Shown here in pieces: positions 58,257-64,000 of a DNA stretch of 64,000 nt. The DNA lies in NCBI GenBank assembly GCA_965216315.1, contig CBDCFN010000016.1, positions 992,001 to 1,056,000 on the forward strand, given 5' to 3'. Both the position numbers and the translations under genes were made by a program. The notes beneath the pieces were generated by a model. That model was given only the letters and a program-made list of their open reading frames with translations. It was not told the DNA's origin and ran no database searches. This DNA is from a bacterium. Its GTDB lineage: Bacteria; UBA10199; 2-02-FULL-50-16; JAJFLM01. The number at the start of each line of letters is the position of its first letter. Position 1 is the first letter of the stretch.

Positions 58257-59457
58257 TCAGGCAGCAGGTGTACCGGACGGGCGCGAAAAGCCACTCACAA
58301 GAGTACTGGGCACGGAGAGTTTGGCGAAGCGCTTCACTGTGCCTTGCAGTGTTTGCCCCCAATGGCCTCGTTGATAACGAACACCGTAACGTTCGCAAAT
58401 CGCCTGAACCTTGGGCTGAATTTCACGCAGTCGATTTGGCGGCAGTTTCGGAAACAGGTGGTGTTCAATCTGTGTGTCCAAAGCACCGCACAGGATACTG
58501 ATGGGGAGAGGCACGTCATAATTATGCGCCGCCTCGACTTGGGCCTTATACCATTCTCCCCGGCCTTGGGTTTTAAAACCCTTGTCATAATAGTTCAGGT
58601 CATCTCCGAAATGCCCGCCATAAATGGTCGCTGTTGAATAAATGTTCCGCATCATATCCGCAGTCAGATTGCCCACGAAGACCTTCCACCACATCGGACC
58701 TGCCAAGGCCGGCCAGAACACAAAGTTGTAGGCCGAGTAAGGGATCATTTTTCTTGAGGGTTGTTTGGAGGGCGCGAGCCAGCGTTTTGGGTTTTCGGTC
58801 TGGCAATATCTTGGCGTAGGAAGCGTTGTCACCGGAATGGAACAAGTCGGTTAGTCCCGTGGCATAGGTAGCAATAATCCAGAGAAAGGCCGGGGCCGTC
58901 CAAAACAACTGCGCCACCTGGAGCAAGTGATAGGGAATCCATGAAATATGGGGGGAGGCCCGCAAAATACCGTAACTCAGATCCGGATCCCTTCCCACGA
59001 TGTTGGTATACTGATGGTGCAGGATGTTGTGCTCTCTTCTCCAACTCGCTTCGTCGACGGGGGTCTTCCATTTAAAGGAAGCCGAATAAAAGAGTTCGGC
59101 ACCGGCCAATCCGTCCCAGCAGCCATGCAATGCAGAATGACCGATTTCGGCGGTGTGCAGTTGATTATGGATGAAGAGGGCAAAGACACCCGCCGACCAC
59201 GTGAAAGGGTCCAGACTGACATGGATCAACAAACGGCCTGCGATCTCAGAGAGCCGAGCGACCCGCTCGACTTTCTTAATGTACGTAACATCGCGAGGGC
59301 CCAGTTTGGACTGGATGTCCTCGTGAAGGGCATCCAGTTCGGCCGCGAAGGCGCTATATTTTTCCCGGTTCCATGAAGAACGGGCCGTTAGTGTCGACCG
59401 ATGAGGCCGGGGCTTACTTCGAAACGAGCTCCGGCGCGATGCTGTCTGCCGCGGCAT
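58257..59457 (-). pseudogene. Fatty acid (acyl-CoA, DesA3-like) desaturase with a +1 frameshift
   Basis: His boxes GHSALHG and HNILHH in one frame, QIEHHLFP in another; frames join at the A5 run at 58748-58752. Confidence 0.8.
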
Positions 59458-59659
59458 AACAAATTCCTCAACGACGTAATATACTCCTGGGGCAAGTTTC
59501 TGTCAGCAAGATATCAAGAGGGTGGGGATGCTCCATCACTTCCTATTTCCAATAGCTTAATCCCCCTTCACCGGAAACTTTACCGGACACTTTAGTAGGG
59601 GTATCCGGTCTTAAATCATCACCGGGACACTTATATATTTTTGTGACAATGAGATGCAT

Positions 59660-61186
59660 TCATTCTCTCATCACGTCCGTAATCGCATCGGATAAGAATT
59701 TCGCAAACGGCTCAATATCCTGCCCCACGCTTGCAGCCTCCAAGGCTTCCATGTAAGTGTCTCGATCGTCGACCTTGATAACCGTCCAGGGATAGCCGCC
59801 TGCTGCCAACATCACATTCATTAAGAAACGTGCCATGCGCCCATTACCGTCCATGTAGGGGTGGATATAAACAAAGACAAAGTGTCCCAGCACCACGCGC
59901 ACAAATGGGTCTGTCTCTTCACGGAGCAATTCGAAAAATGCTGGCATACTATCCCGCATAGCTTCTTTGTTAGGGGGCACGTGCTTCGACCGACGAATAT
60001 AGACCTGATCGTTGCGGTAACCAGCGAGCTCAGCGGGCTTTAAAATACCTGCGGTGACACTTGGTCCAAACATCTCGCGATACCAAGTCCCGTGATCCTC
60101 ATCGGCAACTTGACCCGGATTTGCACCTTTCAAGACACGACGGACACTTTCCTTGACGCTTTGAAAAGCCTGCCAGTAGCCACGAGCGGCCAGGGCGTTG
60201 CGTTGCTCGCGATCTTCCTCGCTTTTGTCGGGATGCCAGGTGCCGCTGCGAACCTTCTCGATCAACTCGGGACTGACTCGATAACCTTCAATGGAAAGCG
60301 AGTGATAGGCATCCGTCACATAGGCCTCTTCGACGCGTTCTATATACGAATCAATATCAGGCGCTGTTTTTGACGAAGAGGGCGCAAATTTGCGGATAGG
60401 CTCCCGCATCGCTTGCCACATTAAGCGGATGCGATTGACATAGGGTGATCTTTCTCGAAGCGGTTCGAACCGCGTTTTCTCTCCGAAAGGATCTGTTTCT
60501 CGCATATCATAATCGGCGGCACGCATGGTATTAATGATGTCATCGGCAATGCGCCCGCGTCCGACATTGCGGAAGGCTCCCGCCAGGCGGCTTGCAATTC
60601 TACTGTGACCGCCTTCCAAGAGACGATCCAAGACCTGAGAGGCATCCTGAATCATCGCGAGCGCGGCGCGTGCGTCGGTCGGATACTGTGTGAAGAAGCG
60701 ATGGGAACACGCAACGAGGGCCGCCGCTAAGGTGTAAAGACGCAGGTCCATTTTTCCTTCAATGTCCTGAGCCTCGGGCAGTGCGGAACGGGTGTCGAGT
60801 AGCGACGTGTGATGCGGCAGCTGGGTCACTTTGTTGCGGCCCTTCGTGGAACGGACAATCAGCTGGCGTGGAACCGTGAAGTTGCCGACATGAAGCAAGA
60901 GGGACTGGTCAGGGGATAGACACCAGTCCGTGTCGAAACGATCTTTCAGGTAGGTGGTGCAAAATTTCCAGAAGGAGGCAAACCAGGCGGTGCTCTCGCC
61001 GGGCGCCTCGTCCGGGCGTGTCGGAATGTACCAGCCCTTGATGACCCGCTGCAGGTAGCCATTCTTAAACAGGCGCTCCTGGTGCGTGCGGCTCAATTCA
61101 CTGCTGCGAATGACGATATGACCCTGATCTTGCAGTGCCTTCAGTTCGTCCAGGGATTCAGCCAGTTTTTCTGCCGGCGTTGCCAT
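59660..61186 (-). CDS. Fic family protein with N-terminal extension
   Basis: HPYMDGNGRMAR Fic motif; AYHSLSIEGY inhibitory-like motif. Confidence 0.92.
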   Translation of the reverse strand: MATPAEKLAESLDELKALQDQGHIVIRSSELSRTHQERLFKNGYLQRVIKGWYIPTRPDEAPGESTAWFASFWKFCTTYLKDRFDTDWCLSPDQSLLLHVGNFTVPRQLIVRSTKGRNKVTQLPHHTSLLDTRSALPEAQDIEGKMDLRLYTLAAALVACSHRFFTQYPTDARAALAMIQDASQVLDRLLEGGHSRIASRLAGAFRNVGRGRIADDIINTMRAADYDMRETDPFGEKTRFEPLRERSPYVNRIRLMWQAMREPIRKFAPSSSKTAPDIDSYIERVEEAYVTDAYHSLSIEGYRVSPELIEKVRSGTWHPDKSEEDREQRNALAARGYWQAFQSVKESVRRVLKGANPGQVADEDHGTWYREMFGPSVTAGILKPAELAGYRNDQVYIRRSKHVPPNKEAMRDSMPAFFELLREETDPFVRVVLGHFVFVYIHPYMDGNGRMARFLMNVMLAAGGYPWTVIKVDDRDTYMEALEAASVGQDIEPFAKFLSDAITDVMRE

Positions 61187-61210
61187 CTAGGGGCCTCTCC
61201 AATTCCGTTC

Positions 61211-61300
61211 TATTTATAGCTTATTTGGCTGTGTGAATAATAGCTTATTCTGTTGTGCTATTTATAGCTTATTTTGCTGTACTGAAAAGCGCTTATTATG
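61211..61300. repeat. Four degenerate 24-bp tandem repeats upstream of fic
   Basis: GCTTATT at 61219, 61243, 61267 and 61291. Confidence 0.75.
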
Positions 61301-61631
61301 TCGAGCAAAATGGCGCTTTTCACGGATATGCTTGATATTATAGTATTTTCAATAAGTTATATGGAAATCTTAGTGCTGGTTTGTAACAAAAATAGATTAG
61401 TTTTTGTTACAAAAAATAAAGCCTTTACTTCGGTGCTGGGCTGAAATCACACCCCCGAAGTGGTCACCATTTGGTCACCATCGCGTGCAAGTGACTACGA
61501 ACAACACCGAACTATCCACAAGACTGAAAGTGCCTTAACTCCGCCAGCGATAATTCTTTTTCGGCTTAGCGCCTGATTTTTGGGCAGCAGACGGCGACTC
61601 GCGTAAGTCCTTGATTTTAGGTTCCCGCTTT

Positions 61632-61853
61632 GTTCGAATCCCACCCCCGGAGCATAAAAATCCGTTGGACCCTTCTGGGTCCGGCGGATTTTTTTTGTTT
61701 CGTGGTGGGTGAGACCCCCAACTGTGTTGGAAGGTTCGACGAGCGCTTCGCCGAAGGCGAAGACTTACGAAGTGCAATCGTCATAAAGACGATTGCCTCC
61801 CTCCGAAGCGGGGAGTCCGCCAGCGGCGGACGAGCAAATCCCACCCCCGGAGC
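61632..61853 (+). repeat. 222-bp structured tRNA-tail unit, copy 2
   Basis: Identical to 47649-47870. Confidence 0.9.
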
Positions 61854-61936
61854 CATGCACCGTACGGTGCATGGCGGAGCCCCATGCACCGCATGGTGCA
61901 TGGGAGCCCTCTGCACCGCATGGTGCAGGGGAGCCC
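61849..61936 (+). repeat. 27-bp tandem palindromic repeats (x3)
   Basis: GGAGCC at 61849, 61876, 61903 and 61930; the first three are each followed by a TGCACC..GGTGCA hairpin. Confidence 0.85.
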
Positions 61937-62015
61937 TTGAAATAAAGAGGTATCCGCCCACCGTACGCAACTTAATTAGCCGCTTCTGTCGATAAGCCGA
62001 CGGAAGCGGCTTTTT

Positions 62016-62090
62016 ATGTATTACACTTACGTCCTCAGAAGTCAGAAAGATGGTAATTTCTATATCGGTTATACGGGCAACGTGGCAAAA
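62016..62090 (+). pseudogene. GIY-YIG nuclease N-terminal remnant
   Basis: MYYTYVLRSQKDGNFYIGYTGNV, then similarity to the family is lost. Confidence 0.7.
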
Positions 62091-62123
62091 GCAGTTCCTT
62101 GTACCTGGATAGAAAATATTATA

Positions 62124-62333
62124 TCACCGCGCGGTGATGACTATTTCGCCGTCTTCTGCCGCGAATTTCTTGAGCGTCAGGTTTATCAGGGTTTGATAGG
62201 GCACGCCCGTCTTGTCGGCGAGCTTTTGATAATAGGTGAGAACGTCCTCGTCCAGACGGATAGTTTTTTGGACTTTGTTGGGTCGATAGAACTTGCCCCG
62301 CACACCTTTTGAAAAATCATATTCCTTCTTCAT
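62124..62333 (-). CDS. BrnA-family antitoxin
   Basis: MKKEYDFSKG..TIRLDEDVL.YY....GVPYQTLIN. Confidence 0.88.
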   Translation of the reverse strand: MKKEYDFSKGVRGKFYRPNKVQKTIRLDEDVLTYYQKLADKTGVPYQTLINLTLKKFAAEDGEIVITAR

Positions 62334-62604
62334 ATTGTTGTACCTCCCTGCGTGTCGCCTTTCGTGCCGAGATTATCCGAATAATCTCTTGCTGACTTAC
62401 TTCGATTCGATACGTATGCACGACTACAAGAGTCGCCGTATTGGCGCAGCGTCCGATTGTTACCCATCGTTCCTCTGATCGCGTCTTGGCATCCAGAATG
62501 GACAAATGAAACGGATCATCAAAGACCGACTGTGCCAGCTCAAATGAGATCCGGTGTTTGCGAAGATTGGCCTCCGCTTTCTTTGGATCCCACTGAAACA
62601 ACAT
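62317..62604 (-). CDS. BrnT-family toxin
   Basis: FQWDPKKAEANLRKHRISFE..VFDDP, EERW.TIG, IRIISARKAT. Confidence 0.9.
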   Translation of the reverse strand: MLFQWDPKKAEANLRKHRISFELAQSVFDDPFHLSILDAKTRSEERWVTIGRCANTATLVVVHTYRIEVSQQEIIRIISARKATRREVQQYEEGI

Positions 62605-62871
62605 TGTAACTACAATATAGGGTATGTCTTGCTTTGGCAAGTCCCAGCGACAAGGTTTCTGGCCCCTCGTTTCTCCCCCTTTTTAACCTTCCGCTCCCAA
62701 AATGAAACAGGTCATTCTCGGTCGAATTTGATAACATATTGATATAATAAAGAAAATTGCCTAGCTCATTCCTGGTAAGAACATATCTGATTCGGCCCCA
62801 GTCGTCTCAAAATGAAACCCTTCCAGGCCGCGATCGCCGCCTAACTTACAAGAATCATTAAAGATTTATTT

Positions 62872-62887
62872 CGGCACGAAACTTGCT
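62872..62887 (+). promoter_or_regulatory. sigma54-like promoter
   Basis: CGGCAC-GAAAC-TTGCT. Confidence 0.45.
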
Positions 62888-62971
62888 GTTTCCTGAGGCA
62901 TGGCAGGATTCCCCTCAAGAAGAGTATGTATAAATATATGGAAATAAAACCATATCTATGCGAGACTGATC

Positions 62972-63262
62972 ATGAAGACACATTATTTCGAATGGGATGA
63001 AGAGAAAGACAGTGCGAACCAAGCCAAGCATGGTGTGTCCTTTGAGGCGGCCAAACAGGCCTTTTTGGATCCAAGGCGTGTGATAGCTGAAGATAGTCGG
63101 CACATGGTGCATGAAAAACGCTATTTCTGTTTTGGAGAAGTGGAAGGGGGCATTCTAACGGTGCGTTTTACATGTCGCCATAACAGGATTCGTATTTATG
63201 GGGCGGGTTATTGGCGGAAAGGAAAGACGATTTATGAAAAAGAAAATAAAATACACCGATGA
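62972..63262 (+). CDS. BrnT-family toxin
   Basis: FEWDEEKD.AN.AKHGVSFE.A..AFLDP, EKRY, IRIYGAG. Confidence 0.88.
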   Translation: MKTHYFEWDEEKDSANQAKHGVSFEAAKQAFLDPRRVIAEDSRHMVHEKRYFCFGEVEGGILTVRFTCRHNRIRIYGAGYWRKGKTIYEKENKIHR

Positions 63263-63464
63263 ACCCATAGGGGAGCCTCGGGTGATTCGTGACTTTCTGC
63301 CTTCGCCTGCCGAGCTGGCGCTCGAAGAGGAGTCGGTGAAGGTGACCATGCACTTGAGTCAGTCCTGCGTCGACTTTTTCAAAAAACAAGCCAAGAAGCA
63401 TCATACCCAGTACCAAAAGATGATCCGTAAAGTGCTCGATCTGTATGTGGAGCATTATCGGTAG
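63234..63464 (+). CDS. BrnA/CopG-like RHH antitoxin
   Basis: DFLPSPAEL, KVTM.LS...VDFFK..A....QYQKMIR; overlaps the toxin. Confidence 0.85.
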   Translation: MKKKIKYTDEPIGEPRVIRDFLPSPAELALEEESVKVTMHLSQSCVDFFKKQAKKHHTQYQKMIRKVLDLYVEHYR

Positions 63465-63492
63465 AGAGGACAAAAGGTTCGAGTCGTGTTCA

Positions 63493-63564
63493 GTGGTGGG
63501 CGAGAGCCCCAGTTCTACTGGTGGTTCGACGAGCGTTTGCCACTTGCCTGCCGGTAGGCAAGTG
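63493..63564 (+). repeat. Diverged partial copy of the structured unit plus a REP-like palindrome
   Basis: 63493-63535 aligns with 47719-47762; CACTTGCCTGCCGGTAGGCAAGTG follows. Confidence 0.7.
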
Positions 63565-63587
63565 AAGATTTATCGTGCACGACTGCC

Positions 63588-63998
63588 TTAACGCCGCAGC
63601 GAACAGCCACCGCCGGGCACAACCGTAAAGCTGACGCTCGCGCTATTGTCACTGATGTCGCTTTCCTCGACCTGCGAAGTAATCGTGACGGCATTGGTGA
63701 AATCACCTTCCGTATCGCTGCTGCCGCTATACATGAGGGTCGTGCTGTCACCGGCCGCGACGCCAACTGAACAGATCAACGCACCGTTCAGGGTGCAGGA
63801 ACCGTCGTCAATACTGATCGAGCTTTCGGCTACCGTCAGGCCGGACGGAATCATGTCGGTGAGGGTTGCACCGGCCCGGTCGGGGCCGTCGTTGCTGATT
63901 TCAATGGTGAAGTCGATTGTATCACCCACGCTGACTTCTGAGGTGCTGCTGACCTTGGAGATTTGTAGCTCGGCACTGTTGCCGAGTAGCCTAAAGGC
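63588..63998 (-). CDS. DUF11-domain surface protein, C-terminal part, ending GGGCSLRR
   Basis: AELQISK...VGDTIDFTIEISNDGPD.A....LTD.IP.GL, DNSA; frame open to the window edge. Confidence 0.85.
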   Translation of the reverse strand, partial: AFRLLGNSAELQISKVSSTSEVSVGDTIDFTIEISNDGPDRAGATLTDMIPSGLTVAESSISIDDGSCTLNGALICSVGVAAGDSTTLMYSGSSDTEGDFTNAVTITSQVEESDISDNSASVSFTVVPGGGCSLRR

Positions 63999-64000
63999 GG

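Larger units (their letters stand above)
52125..61653. mobile_element. Element B (no integrase; cargo plus Fic)
   Basis: Bounded by att copies; right end 61460-61653 homologous to 51952-52145. Confidence 0.7.
47649..61855. mobile_element. Composite genomic island integrated at tRNA-Asn
   Basis: AATCCCACCCCCGGAGC copies end at 47670, 47870, 52145, 61653 and 61853; integrase at the left end. Confidence 0.88.

Noticed and set aside
58740..58760. Programmed ribosomal frameshift in the desaturase
   Set aside because: It needs +1, has no canonical slippery site or stimulator, and a homopolymer indel is simpler
47649..61936. Repeats as a CRISPR array
   Set aside because: The repeats are tRNA 3' ends or spacer-less tandem palindromes with irregular spacing, and no cas genes are present
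62016..62312. Intact 98-aa GIY-YIG nuclease
   Set aside because: Similarity ends after about 23 codons; the rest is antisense to brnA and lacks the conserved Arg/Glu

Overview
Bacterial chromosomal window, most consistent with a deltaproteobacterial-type lineage (inferred from gene content, not searched). The first ~47.5 kb holds housekeeping genes (truD, HU, rlmD, mutS-mutL, mtgA, RND+TolC, GST, FIST, DUF885) mixed with orphan genes, a lipoprotein cluster, and a 1662-aa Ser/Thr kinase-ATPase-TPR-GAF-sigma54 activator. From 47.6 kb a tRNA-Asn(GTT) anchors a ~14-kb composite island with five copies of the tRNA 3' end. It contains two sibling elements: A (integrase, xis, AbiE-like pair) and B (no integrase; cargo plus Fic). 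An identical 222-bp hairpin-rich unit sits at both ends, followed by a GIY-YIG remnant and two BrnT/BrnA pairs. Main findings: (1) a recurring RCAAC-N14-GYCGATAA promoter-like motif (sigma28-like -10, non-canonical -35), exactly 7 nt before a start codon at four sites and mostly ahead of orphan genes; (2) a local sigma54 regulon of secreted proteins that may include the island's xis-int; (3) the structured tRNA-tail unit, with covariation in a diverged copy; (4) an integrase ORF that reads through its att site; (5) a swappable cargo slot shared by the sibling elements; (6) a GG[AG]CSL(I)RR C-terminal tag on two putative surface proteins.
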